Shown here one piece after another: positions 25,564 through 36,125 of a stretch of 64,000 nucleotides of DNA. Origin of the DNA: a virus. Under the pieces are notes generated by a model. That model searched no databases and had not been told where the DNA came from. It saw nothing but the letters and a program-made list of their open reading frames with translations. The stretch lies in the IMG/VR virus record IMGVR_UViG_3300032286_000510, positions 1-64,000 of that record, one strand, 5' to 3'. Made by a program: the position numbers and the translations under genes. Positions within the stretch are counted from its first letter, which is position 1. Every line of letters begins with the position of its first letter.

Positions 25564-26238
25564 ATGAATTATTACACTTACGCATATTTGCGTGAAGATA
25601 GAACACCTTATTACATAGGAAAAGGTAATGGTAATAGGGCATATAGAAGAAGACATAAAGGCATCAAACCACCAAAAGATAAATCAAGAATAATATTCCT
25701 AAAACAGAACTTAACAGAAGAAGAGGCATTTAGACACGAAATCTATATGATTGCTGTGTTTGGTAGAAAGGATTTAGGAACTGGTATTCTTCACAACAGA
25801 ACCGATGGTGGAGAGGGTGTTTCTGGTCTTATTCATAATGAAGAAAGCAAAAGAAAAATGAGTAAAGCAAAGAAAGGTAAATCTCGGTCGGAAAAAACTA
25901 AAAGAAAAATAAGGGAAGCAGGTAAAGGCAGAACTCATTCAGACGAAAGTAAAAGAATAATAAGTGAAACAATGAAGGGCAGAAATCATTCAGAAGAAAC
26001 TAAAAGAAAAATGAGTGAATCTAAACTAGGAAAACCTCGTAGCGAAGAAACTAAAAGAAAACTGAGTGAAGCAAATGTTGGTAAATCTCTTTCGGAAGAA
26101 ACAAGAAAAAAATTAAGTGACCTTAATCGGGGTGAGAATAACGCACAATATGGTAAAAAATGGTGGAATAATAGAAAAGAGACTAAATTGTGTGTTAAGT
26201 GCCCTGGTGATGGTTGGGTTCTTGGAAGAATAAAATAA
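25564..26238 (+). CDS. GIY-YIG homing endonuclease with NUMOD3 repeats
   Basis: Paralog of 22184; [11 protein letters not shown] repeats. Confidence 0.88.
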   Translation: MNYYTYAYLREDRTPYYIGKGNGNRAYRRRHKGIKPPKDKSRIIFLKQNLTEEEAFRHEIYMIAVFGRKDLGTGILHNRTDGGEGVSGLIHNEESKRKMSKAKKGKSRSEKTKRKIREAGKGRTHSDESKRIISETMKGRNHSEETKRKMSESKLGKPRSEETKRKLSEANVGKSLSEETRKKLSDLNRGENNAQYGKKWWNNRKETKLCVKCPGDGWVLGRIK

Positions 26239-26330
26239 TAAAGTATAGTGATGTGCCAGTTGTAGCACTGGCACACTCAATCAGCACTGGTCCTAAAACC
26301 TGCTATAATAAGAGGACACAAGCAAAGGAA

Positions 26331-26456
26331 ATGTCTACTCCAAATTGGCAACACAATTCAGGAAAACAAAAGAATACCAAAGGCACTTGTAAGGGCAAAC
26401 TCAAATCCCGCAAACAATCACTTCAAGCACTCAAATCCAAACTGAATTTCAAATGA
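26331..26456 (+). CDS. small basic protein
   Basis: MSTPNWQHNSGK...; AAGGA SD after promoter cassette. Confidence 0.6.
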   Translation: MSTPNWQHNSGKQKNTKGTCKGKLKSRKQSLQALKSKLNFK

Positions 26457-26848
26457 CTGAATCCACCAACGAAGTTCTTCATTACACTCAAGTTCTTTGC
26501 GAAGTTCTTCGTGAGAACTATAGGCAATATGGTATTGATTCTCACCGTCACTATATCACAAAAGGTGAGAATGTAGAGTATCACCAAAAACAAATTGATA
26601 GACTTTGTGAAGGTGAAGACCTTGCCGAATATATCATTGATAAAGGTCGCAAATACTATAAGATTGTGATGAAGAATCACGGACAAAAACACGCACACTT
26701 GTTTGTTGATATGAATACTGGGGATTGTTACAAGCCAGCATCTTGGAAAGCACCTGCCAAAGGTATTCGTTATAATCTTCTTGATGTTACATCCCGTGAG
26801 GAAATGTATAGGAGAGCAGACTGGGCAGGGTCGTACACTTACAAATAA
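26453..26848 (+). CDS. conserved phage protein (KPASWKAPAK family)
   Basis: KYYKIV...FVDMNTGDCYKPASWKAPAKGIRY. Confidence 0.8.
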   Translation: MTESTNEVLHYTQVLCEVLRENYRQYGIDSHRHYITKGENVEYHQKQIDRLCEGEDLAEYIIDKGRKYYKIVMKNHGQKHAHLFVDMNTGDCYKPASWKAPAKGIRYNLLDVTSREEMYRRADWAGSYTYK

Positions 26849-26900
26849 TCAAGACCCAATCATTCTGGTATAAATAGAAATAGTTAGTATCCAATCAACT

Positions 26901-27401
26901 ATGAAACTTATACCAGAATATGAGGCATATAGTGTCACCGAAGACGGTGTAATTTATTCACACAAAAAACCAGGAGGAAAAGGAAAAGGCAAAATTGTTG
27001 ATTATTCTTATAAAAGGCAACTAAAACCGCAAACCAACCACAAAGGATACTTAAATGTTATTTTGGAACAAGGTAGTTCTAATGCTAGAACTATGTCTAT
27101 TCACAGAGCAGTAGCATTAGCATACATTCCAAATCCAAATAATTATGACACCATAAATCATATTGACGAAAACAAAACAAACAATCACGTATCAAATCTT
27201 GAATGGATGAGTAATGCTGACAACGTAGCATATTCACAAGCAAAAACAAGACTAATACAAACACCAGAGGGTGATAAAATAGAAATTACTAATTTATCAA
27301 AATGGTGTCGTGAAGTTTTAGGACTAAAATCATCAGGGAATATGTTAAGGAGTTTGAGAAATCCTAATATGCCCTGTATGGGATATAAATTACTTAAATA
27401 A
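26901..27401 (+). CDS. HNH homing endonuclease (NUMOD4-like)
   Basis: IHRAVA..YIPNP....INHIDENKTNNHVSNLEW; late promoter. Confidence 0.9.
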   Translation: MKLIPEYEAYSVTEDGVIYSHKKPGGKGKGKIVDYSYKRQLKPQTNHKGYLNVILEQGSSNARTMSIHRAVALAYIPNPNNYDTINHIDENKTNNHVSNLEWMSNADNVAYSQAKTRLIQTPEGDKIEITNLSKWCREVLGLKSSGNMLRSLRNPNMPCMGYKLLK

Positions 27402-27417
27402 CCTTCTCATATAACTG

Positions 27418-27609
27418 ATGTCAAACATTTCTTTCACCAAAGGTCTTGAAGTTTATTATGATGGAATGTATGGCATAGTTGATTTCATCTGCGAACAATA
27501 CATCACAGTTTGTGTAAGAGTGATGGACCACAAATCTAGAAATGTTTGTATATTAGTTTATCCAGACAGATTTAATTTAGTAAAACTAGCAAAAGAATCT
27601 GAAAAATGA
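27418..27609 (+). CDS. hypothetical protein
   Basis: 63 aa ORF. Confidence 0.65.
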   Translation: MSNISFTKGLEVYYDGMYGIVDFICEQYITVCVRVMDHKSRNVCILVYPDRFNLVKLAKESEK

Positions 27610-27691
27610 ATCCTCATACAATCTCACTCATAATGAGTCAATTATGGGTTCTTTTAATTCTTGTTATTGCTGTTTCTAATTTTCTAAATTG

Positions 27692-28030
27692 ATGAAAAAA
27701 CTTCTATTACTTCTGTTGCTCATTCCTGCTCCTGTATTCGCAGCACCATTCAAGTATCAAACTCCTTGTATTTTAGAATCACAGAATGTTCTAACAGAAG
27801 ATATTTGTACGGTAGTTGAAGTTCGTGAGAAAGGTGGAGCACTTAAATCACGCAACATCTATTCAAACAAGTTCTCATTGACAATCAAATCTTATTTCAG
27901 CAAGGAAAAAGGATTTATGACTTGGGATTCATTTAACAAAATAGAATATCCTTGGCAATATAAGATTGACCCACTCAAAGGAAGTCTGGTGATGCCTGGA
28001 GTGTATCTCAAAGAAGTTTCTTGGGATTAA
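27692..28030 (+). CDS. secreted hypothetical protein
   Basis: Signal peptide MKKLLLLLLLIPAPVFA. Confidence 0.7.
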   Translation: MKKLLLLLLLIPAPVFAAPFKYQTPCILESQNVLTEDICTVVEVREKGGALKSRNIYSNKFSLTIKSYFSKEKGFMTWDSFNKIEYPWQYKIDPLKGSLVMPGVYLKEVSWD

Positions 28031-28031
28031 A

Positions 28032-28658
28032 TTAAGAATAAAATAAAAAATACTTAACGTATTTTTCAGCAAACTCTTTATCAAAATAAGATTTCAAAAT
28101 ACCAAAAGCAGGATCATTTGTGGACATATAATCATCAAATTTTTGATGGTGTTCTACGAATGATTCTTTTTTTGTGGCAGAATTCATTAAACACTTTTTG
28201 TATTGATGTAAGTAGCACTTTACCATAATTTGATATTCATTATAAAAACATTCACTGCTCTTTTTTATCCACAACTTTTTTGAGAAATACTTATTAAAAT
28301 CATAAAACTTAGATGCGTTTGTTTTTGTGTTTGGAAACATTTCAAGATAAGACAAATAATCTTTATTATCACTAATTGGATGAAAATCTATTGCCCCAAA
28401 GTATTTTTTACTTCCAATCTGTAAATACTCTGTTCCAAATATAGGAGTTTCATAATGATGATTTGGATATATGACTAAGGACTCTGCTTGAAACTTTTGT
28501 TCAACATTTAATTCACACACTCTTATACGTTTACAATAATCAGACTTAAAAAGATATGATTTTAACTTAACTGAATTATTATTAGATGTCCTTTCTACCC
28601 AAATTGGAACTTCGGTTGAAGATAAATCTAAAAACTCTTTGAGTATATCTTTTAACAT
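28032..28658 (-). CDS. ferredoxin-dependent bilin reductase (PebA/PebS-like)
   Basis: RIRVCEL...VIYP....PIFG.EY...AIDFHP...FS...DPAFGILKSYF..EF...FLF. Confidence 0.8.
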   Translation of the reverse strand: MLKDILKEFLDLSSTEVPIWVERTSNNNSVKLKSYLFKSDYCKRIRVCELNVEQKFQAESLVIYPNHHYETPIFGTEYLQIGSKKYFGAIDFHPISDNKDYLSYLEMFPNTKTNASKFYDFNKYFSKKLWIKKSSECFYNEYQIMVKCYLHQYKKCLMNSATKKESFVEHHQKFDDYMSTNDPAFGILKSYFDKEFAEKYVKYFLFYS

Positions 28659-28805
28659 TCAATCTATCAATATTTTTAACTTAACCTATTTAATACTAAT
28701 ACTGCTTGTGCCAGTTGTAGCACTGGCACACTAAACGGGCACAGACCCCAATCTGTGGTATTCTAAGAGGGTGGTTGAGAGACCACCCTTTCGTTCAACA
28801 AACAA

Positions 28806-29039
28806 ATGATTCTTGACGTTTTTCATTATACTACTTCCCGTTGGGATTGGCAGTCTGGTGATGTAAACCAAATGTGGATTCAAGAGATTGAAGAAGCACC
28901 TGATGTTTATAGGTACGTTGCTGTTGCTTACAATCCTCGCAAGGATTCAAGTATGGTGATGTCTAATCCTCGTGGGTATTTTGATACTCTACAATGGGTT
29001 CAAAAGTTCTGTGGTTCCTTCTCCCTTCTTCCTAACTGA
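28806..29039 (+). CDS. hypothetical protein
   Basis: After promoter cassette. Confidence 0.7.
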   Translation: MILDVFHYTTSRWDWQSGDVNQMWIQEIEEAPDVYRYVAVAYNPRKDSSMVMSNPRGYFDTLQWVQKFCGSFSLLPN

Positions 29040-29261
29040 TTATGATTTACGACATTACTATTGAGTTTAGGGATGGAACTGTTGATAAGTTTCAACGCAA
29101 AAGTAATATCAAACCTATCAATAGTATAAAACTCAACGATAAAATTGCTAATGAAATCTTTCCACGAGAGTGGAAAGAAATCTCTTCCAAACCTGTTTAT
29201 TGATTATGACTTTCACTTTTCCTCGTGTCTCTGCTGGTCTCTACGAAGTTCAAAAGAATTC

Positions 29262-29361
29262 ATAAATAATGATGCTTATGTGTGGTTACTAAGCAAAAGA
29301 TTAGAGGCAGAAATGCCTCTTTTCTTGTATAAATAGATATAACCACACATAAAGTAGAACT
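29262..29361 (+). promoter_or_regulatory. late promoter/antisense sRNA/terminator/late promoter module
   Basis: ATAAATA, TTATGTGTGGTTA, AGAGGCA/TGCCTCT, TATAAATA, TAACCACACATAA. Confidence 0.65.
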
Positions 29362-30150
29362 ATGGAAACTCCAAAGGAGTATTACTATACCTATTATTCT
29401 TATGAAGAATGGGGTAGAGGATATATTGGCAGTAGAGGTTGCTATTGCTTACCAGAAGAAGACATAAGATATTTTGGTTCATTCAGGGATAAAACATTCA
29501 AACCAACTCAAAAAATAATACTCAAAGATGATTATGCTACAAGAGAAGACGCATATGTTGATGAGATTATTTTACACGACTTTTATGATGTAGGTAATAA
29601 TCCTCATTTTGCCAATAGAGCAAAGGCAACTTCTGCAAAGTTTTGTTTATCCAAAGAACAATCAAAAGAAATTGGATTGAAAAGTAAAGAACTTGGTATT
29701 GGTTTATTTTCACTAACAAAAGAACAAAGAATAGAAAATGGCAGAAAAGGTGGTCCAATAGGTGGAAAGATTGTGGGGGCAGAAAATAAAAGACTTGGAC
29801 GTGGGATATTTGGACTATCTCCACAACAAAAAAGTGAAATTGCCAAAAAAGCAAATAAACTGTCAAGTAAAAATACAAAAAAAGGAAGGAAACCAAAACC
29901 ACCTCTTCTTGAACCAGAAGAACTAAAAAATTGTAAAATTAAAAACGGAAAAAAATCTGGTATGAAACACAAAGAAAACAAAACAGGTGTTTGTGGAATA
30001 TCACCGGAAGAACATTCAAAAAGAGCATCTATCACAAATAGTCAAAAGTGGAGATGTCTTGAAACCGGACACATTAGTAATGCCGGAGGATTGTCTAAAT
30101 ATCAAAAATCAAAAGGGATAGATACTTCATTGAGAGAAAGATTGGAATAA
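29362..30150 (+). CDS. GIY-YIG-like (Seg-type) homing endonuclease
   Basis: YYTYYSYEEWGRGYIGSR...YFGS; C-terminus shared with 13868 (QKW.CLETGHISNAGGL). Confidence 0.82.
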   Translation: METPKEYYYTYYSYEEWGRGYIGSRGCYCLPEEDIRYFGSFRDKTFKPTQKIILKDDYATREDAYVDEIILHDFYDVGNNPHFANRAKATSAKFCLSKEQSKEIGLKSKELGIGLFSLTKEQRIENGRKGGPIGGKIVGAENKRLGRGIFGLSPQQKSEIAKKANKLSSKNTKKGRKPKPPLLEPEELKNCKIKNGKKSGMKHKENKTGVCGISPEEHSKRASITNSQKWRCLETGHISNAGGLSKYQKSKGIDTSLRERLE

Positions 30151-30252
30151 ACTTGAATAAATGATGCCCTGTGCCAATTTTTGAACCGTCCCCAACACCC
30201 CCAAACCCACACCATTCCGTGCTATGATTACGGAGTAATCGGCACAAGATTT

Positions 30253-30591
30253 ATGACTTCCTTTGAGTTTGTTAGACAAAAAGCAGGAGAATACAAAATC
30301 ACCAAAAACGGACAATTTGTTGGAAGTATAAAAAAAGCAAATGCTTCCAAATGGATTGTAACTGATGTTGTTGATACTCCTCAACAAGTTACAAAGACTC
30401 TCAAAGATGCCAAAGATGCCTGTATCAATCTCATCATCTTTGATGTAGTTGACAACACCTCTGAACCTGTGTATAATGACTCTGTTAGGGTTGATAGTCA
30501 TATTAACTCTATTGAACTTCAAAGGCAAATGCTGGAGAATATGTGTAATCTTCAAGTCAAAGTTCCTACACTTGAACCCATTGCTTTTTGA
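30253..30591 (+). CDS. hypothetical protein
   Basis: After TGCTATGAT promoter. Confidence 0.7.
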   Translation: MTSFEFVRQKAGEYKITKNGQFVGSIKKANASKWIVTDVVDTPQQVTKTLKDAKDACINLIIFDVVDNTSEPVYNDSVRVDSHINSIELQRQMLENMCNLQVKVPTLEPIAF

Positions 30592-30614
30592 TGTATAAAT
30601 AAAATACATTTCTT

Positions 30615-30685
30615 GCCCTATAAGCATTGTGGTGATGCAGCAGTTTTGTAAACTGCAGAGAACAGTTCAATTCTGTTATGGGGCT
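30615..30685 (+). tRNA. tRNA-Thr(TGT)
   Basis: GCCCTAT/ATGGGGC; gcagt-TTTGTAA-actgc; late promoter upstream. Confidence 0.85.
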
Positions 30686-30781
30686 CTTAATCTTATAGTG
30701 ATGTGCCAGTTGTAGGACTGGATGATAACACCCTGAATAGCACCTAAAACGTGCTATAATAACTTTGTAATGATTCAACCT

Positions 30782-32014
30782 ATGAAACTCTATCCCTACC
30801 AGCAAACTGCCTTAAATGCCATTCAGCAGCACAATAAAGGTGTCGTTGTGATTCCTACTGGTGGTGGCAAAACAGTAGTGATGATGGAAGATGTAAAAGG
30901 CAAACTGCTTGCATCTACCTTACCGCTCACAGTTGTGATTGTGTGCCCTCGTATTATGCTTGCAACACAACTTTGTAGTGAGTTTGAAGAGTATCTCAAA
31001 GAGTTTTCAATTTCTATCTCTCACGTTCATAGTGGTGAAACTCATTATCATTCTACGACTTCACCCGGAAATCTAAAAGCACAAAGTGCGATTGTAAAAG
31101 CACTCAATCATCATCACTTTATCTTTACGACTTACAACTCACTACAACGTGTGAATGAGTCAGGAATCACTTTGGACGTGGTGTATTTTGATGAAGCACA
31201 TCATTGTGTGAAACAATCTAACTTCGTTGGTGTTGCACAAACATCTGCAAGTTCTAATGCTGCGTATTTCTTCACTGCAACTCCACGAGTGAATAATACA
31301 CCACAATCTATGAATAATACTGATGTGTATGGTCAAAAGATTGTATCTATTCCTGCACAAGAACTGATTGATGTTGGTAGTATTATTCCCCCACAAGTTG
31401 AAGTGTTTGAGCATAGTCATACACGTACAAAGTTCAATGCTGCGTATGTTGATTCAGAGAACGTGATTGATATTCTTTCTTCGTTTGATGAGACTGGAAC
31501 ACATAAAGTTCTTGTTGCTGCACCATCTACCAAAGTAATCTGGGAAATGGTATCACAATCTGATGCTCTTCATCGTTTGAATGAAATGGGTTATGAAGTT
31601 CTGCATATCACCAGCAAGCACGGTGCTTATATCGGCAAGAAGAAAGTATCCCGTGAAGTATTCTTTGATACACTCACTGATTATGGCAACGACCCAGACA
31701 AAAAGTTTGTGTTGATGCACTATTCAATTCTTTCAGAAGGAATGAATGTATCAGGTCTCACTCATTGTATTGTTCTTCGTAATCTTCCAATGATTGAGAT
31801 GTGCCAAACTATTGGTCGTGTAGTTCGTATGCACCGTGATGACCGAAAAGCAATCATAGATGGTAAGATTGCAGCAGGACAGTTTCAATTCTATAAGAAA
31901 CCATATGGTAAGATGATTGTGCCAGTCAATCAGGGTTTGGGTAAGAACATTCTACGTCAACTTCAAAATGTTGTTGATGCTGTGTTTGTAAAAGGAGAGT
32001 TCACTGCTACATAA
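30782..32014 (+). CDS. SF2 DEAH helicase (ResIII-like)
   Basis: PTGGGKT, FDEAHH, FTATP, QTIGRVVR. Confidence 0.9.
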   Translation: MKLYPYQQTALNAIQQHNKGVVVIPTGGGKTVVMMEDVKGKLLASTLPLTVVIVCPRIMLATQLCSEFEEYLKEFSISISHVHSGETHYHSTTSPGNLKAQSAIVKALNHHHFIFTTYNSLQRVNESGITLDVVYFDEAHHCVKQSNFVGVAQTSASSNAAYFFTATPRVNNTPQSMNNTDVYGQKIVSIPAQELIDVGSIIPPQVEVFEHSHTRTKFNAAYVDSENVIDILSSFDETGTHKVLVAAPSTKVIWEMVSQSDALHRLNEMGYEVLHITSKHGAYIGKKKVSREVFFDTLTDYGNDPDKKFVLMHYSILSEGMNVSGLTHCIVLRNLPMIEMCQTIGRVVRMHRDDRKAIIDGKIAAGQFQFYKKPYGKMIVPVNQGLGKNILRQLQNVVDAVFVKGEFTAT

Positions 32015-32036
32015 TATATGTCCCGCACATAAACTA

Positions 32037-32201
32037 ATGGTATTTCAAAAAAAGTTCAGTAATTCAGGGGAAACCAAACATATGAGAGTTCCTGTTGTTT
32101 ATGCTGATTTGATTGATGAACTTATGGTTATATTTGATAAGAAGTTTGAGATAAACAAAGGCAGACACATTCTACGAATCTTTATAGATCGTTTCTTGTG
32201 A
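32037..32201 (+). CDS. possible ribbon-helix-helix DNA-binding peptide
   Basis: SGETKHMRVPVVYADLI. Confidence 0.45.
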   Translation: MVFQKKFSNSGETKHMRVPVVYADLIDELMVIFDKKFEINKGRHILRIFIDRFL

Positions 32202-32399
32202 GTCTAGCATAGTCATTGTGCCTATGAATGAATTTCTTGCAGTAGTTCCGTGATGGGGAGACCTGTTGCAAAAAATTCATCCAACATCAGTCTTACTGAG
32301 TCCAATGATACTCTGTGCCGGTTGTAGGGGTGGCACATAACACTCCCAAACGACCCTAGGACCTGCTATAATAAGAGGACACAAGCACAGAAAACTCAA

Positions 32400-32612
32400 A
32401 TGAACTTCAAAGACCGTGATTCCGTCATTGATTCTTATGCTCAATACATTCTGGATAGTCTAGATATGGACGCAGTATTGAACATTGCTTATGATACTCT
32501 TGTGGGAAATCTCACCGACTATACTAATGAACAACTGGCAACAGAAATTGTTGAAAGTTATGGTGAAGAATGGTTTGAAGACCATAATGTAGAAATGGAT
32601 GAGGCAGTATAG
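32400..32612 (+). CDS. acidic hypothetical protein
   Basis: Paralog of 22995; single-gene promoter cassette. Confidence 0.7.
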   Translation: MNFKDRDSVIDSYAQYILDSLDMDAVLNIAYDTLVGNLTDYTNEQLATEIVESYGEEWFEDHNVEMDEAV

Positions 32613-32698
32613 TGCTGTGCCACTTGTAGCACTGGCACACTACACTCCCAAACGACCCTAGGACCTGCTATAATAAGAAGACAAACAAACAAAGACCA

Positions 32699-35108
32699 AT
32701 GACTTCTACAATCACCAAAACTCTAACCTTCATTGAGGAAACTGATTTGCTTGCGATGGCATATAGTTCTGTTGCTTATATGAAACTCTATGCTGAACAA
32801 TCTACCGATAACAAAGATTATTGGATGATGCGAGCAGAACAGTTTGAACGAGTTGCGAATAAATTGAATACTGAAATGCGTCAAAATATGGAGGCAAACT
32901 GATGATTGTTGCTGATGGTTTTGATTACCCCAAAGAACCCATCGGCGGTGGTAATCCTTATTACTGTTGCTCTTATTGTAAGAGAAGTGACCCACAAATC
33001 AATGGATATATTGGAAACCACCACGAGTGGTGTGAGTATCGTATTCAAAAAGAATCGGAGGCAAACTGATGATTTCTAACGGACTTCGTAATCAACTTCA
33101 AGAACTTACTCAATCTGCTAATCTCACACCTGATGTTGTGAGTGTTGTTCGCAATCTTATGGAGAGTTCTTATAGTGAAGGGTATAGTGATGGTCTTGAA
33201 GAAGGAAGATATCAAGAAAGTTATGCGAATTCTATGAGTTATCTTGGAGATTAAAAATGACTGATTTGGAAAAAGTTTTATTGCTGGAAGAAATCTTGAC
33301 CGAAAAGCAAATGTCTTCCTTGCGGGATATGTTGTCCCATTACAAAGAGTTTCAGGAAGAACTTTACAACTATCCTGAACCTGATACTTTATTTACGAAA
33401 ACTCAACGAGAACTCTTCACCATTTTTGACATCGTATGAACCGAACACTACAACAACTGAAAGAATCAGTAGAAAAACTGATTGAACAACAAGGAGCAAA
33501 CGCATCTTGTGCTGCTTTCATCTTCACAAAGGATGATGTATATGTGGAGAATGATGATTGTGAGCAGGTCTATTGTAGTGAGGAAATCACTAACAAAGTC
33601 CTCAATGATTTGGATGAAACTGATTATATTTTAGGAAAAGCATTCGATTGTATTGATGATTACATCCAGGAGCACACAAAATGACTCAAATCTCTTTCAC
33701 ATCTGGTGAGTTGTATGACATTATCTCTGCTCTTCAACTTGTAGAAGAATATGATGATGGATACCACCAAGGTGCTGCTTATTATCAAAATATGATTCAA
33801 CAATTTGAACTCATTCATTCTAAATTGCTAGAACGACCGGGGGAAGATAGAGTATCGTACCTGATATTAGCAGATTGACCCTGTGTGCCACTTGTAGCAC
33901 TGGCACACTAAACGAGCACAGACCCCAAAATCTGCTATAATAAGAGGACACAAGCAAAGGAAACTGATGGATAATCAATTCAAACCACAGATTACTTTGT
34001 GGACCCGCAAAGAACCAAATCTTAAATGTTTGCTTCTTCGTATTCTTACTCCGATTGCTGGACTGATTGATTCTCTCATTTCTATTTTTACTCTCACTCT
34101 TGTTGTGAGTAATTTTGAAATGGAAGTAGTCACTCTTCACGCATACGAATACTTTCAGTCCAAAATCAAACAAAAATAAATGAACTACCTTTGCTTGGTT
34201 GATGGTCTTGTTGTGTTTGCTAGCACCAGTTCAAGTTCTTTTGCTCACTATCAACTGATGTATGCCACAGAACACCAAGATGCTGATGTTCAGTATCTCA
34301 CACTGACTGATGAAGAGTATGATGCTATGTTTCCTGTGGAGAATGAAGAATGAAAGTGAAAGATAAATTACTGATTGTCTGTATTGCTATTGCTATGTTT
34401 CCAGGTTTTGTATCTGGTATTCATTATCTCAAAAGAGACATCACTTTTCTTTATTGTTCTATGATTGTTTGTATGGAGGAAAAAGAATGACTGTTGCTGA
34501 ATGGATTGAGAAACTCAAAGAGTTTCCACAAGACAAAGAAGTAAAAATCACTGATGGGTTTAAGTCTCACTTTTACGAAGGTGATTTTGACTTCCAACTC
34601 TTTGAGGATCTAGATGGTTTTACCTTTGTTGATATTGGTATTGGTGAATTTCAGGTAGAAGAATGAAACTTACTAATTGTAATATGAATCAAGTAGAGTG
34701 GAATCAATTGTATTCCAAACTCTATGATGCTTATTCTTACTCTGCGAATCGTGATGAACAGATTCGCAAGAATCTTGGAGAGATGTTAGAATATATGATT
34801 GAATACAAACAACAATTTTACACACGTCCTTCTTAATTCAAATGGAACTCTCACAAATCCTCACACTATCCACGGCACACCTTCATCCTTTGGAAGGAGC
34901 AAAGATTGATAAGGTTGCTTATATCTCCAGTGATACACTTTCTTTGATAAATGCTTCACCAGAAATATATGATTATTATATCAAAGAAAGTGTGCCTTGT
35001 TTAGTAGAATTACTGAAATTGGTTAAGGAACAATATAATGATGTTGCTTATGTATTGTTTGACCCCGATGCTGGTGTAGTAGATTATATTAAATCATACG
35101 ATTGGTGA
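32699..35108 (+). other. run of small early ORFans (32699, 33069, 33257, 33436, 33681, 33967, 34487, 34842 and shorter)
   Basis: Tightly packed, co-oriented 50-90 aa ORFs behind promoter cassettes. Confidence 0.65.
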
Positions 35109-35211
35109 TTAGTGATTGACCCTATGTGCCAGTTGTAGCACTGGCACACTAAATGAGCACAGGTCGTAGGACCTGCTATAATAAGAGGACACAAGCAAAG
35201 GAACGGACTTG

Positions 35212-35385
35212 ATGACGACCGCACAAAAGTTGGAAAAAGCATTTCTTTTGAATGTTTTTGCTTTGGTGAATGAAGTTCAAGGTAAGCACAAACTTCCTTC
35301 GCAGTTTCATTCTAAGCAACGTTCTTCTTGGGTGAAGCAAAATCATAATCCCAAGCAAAAGAAAGATGCTCTTTCTCGTGTTTGA
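35212..35385 (+). CDS. small hypothetical protein
   Basis: MTTAQKLEKAF...; first ORF after promoter cassette. Confidence 0.55.
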   Translation: MTTAQKLEKAFLLNVFALVNEVQGKHKLPSQFHSKQRSSWVKQNHNPKQKKDALSRV

Positions 35386-35413
35386 ACTCAACTAACTCAT
35401 TTCTTCTTCTATT

Positions 35414-35617
35414 ATGTCTTCTTCTTCCTCTTCTTCCTCCGGTGGAATTGGTTTCACTGGTGCTCTGACTGTATTGTTTATTGGTCTAAAACTCACTCAC
35501 GTTATTTCTTGGCCTTGGTTGTGGGTATTGTCTCCCATTTGGATTGGTTTGCTAATTGGTTTGACTGTTATTGGTGTTCTTCTCATCATTCTTATTATTG
35601 CTGGTCTCTTCAAATGA
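35414..35617 (+). CDS. small membrane protein (GGIGF...LKL...W.W.WVLSPIWI family)
   Basis: Common phage TM family motif. Confidence 0.8.
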   Translation: MSSSSSSSSGGIGFTGALTVLFIGLKLTHVISWPWLWVLSPIWIGLLIGLTVIGVLLIILIIAGLFK

Positions 35618-35880
35618 ACTTCTCTGATTTACAATTTCAACCCCATCCTATTGGTAATGGTGTTCAGGCAAAACACTTCTTTGATAATGGTTATGGTGTA
35701 AGTGTTGTAAAGTTTAATGGTTCTTATGGTTATAAACAAGGATTGTATGAGAGTGCCGTTCTCAAAGGAACAGAAGAAGATTTTCAAATCTGCTATGATA
35801 CTGTAATTGCTGATGATGTTCTAGGTTATCAATCCGAAGAAGAAGTTGAAGTTCTATTGTATGAAGTGGAGAATCTCTGA
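35614..35880 (+). CDS. conserved phage protein (FDNGYGVSVV family)
   Basis: ATGA-coupled; characteristic motif. Confidence 0.75.
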   Translation: MNFSDLQFQPHPIGNGVQAKHFFDNGYGVSVVKFNGSYGYKQGLYESAVLKGTEEDFQICYDTVIADDVLGYQSEEEVEVLLYEVENL

Positions 35881-36125
35881 ATGAATCCTTTTCTTGATGA
35901 AGTTCAAATTGAAGAAGACACACTCAATCAAATCTTTGAAGATTTGGAGTATGTTATTCATTGGGAATCAATTTATGAAACTAATGAAGAAGATTGGCAA
36001 GGTGTAGAATCTAGTGCCAGTCTTATGTGTCTCGCATGGTCAATGTGCCAGATGTAGCACTGGCACATAACACTCCCAAACCACCTCAATCCGTGCTATG
36101 ATTACGGAGTAATCAAAACAAAGCA

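Noticed and set aside
30782-32014. Type III or type I R-M system built around the helicase
   Set aside because: No adjacent Mod/HsdM/HsdS gene and no visible nuclease domain; a stand-alone SF2 helicase
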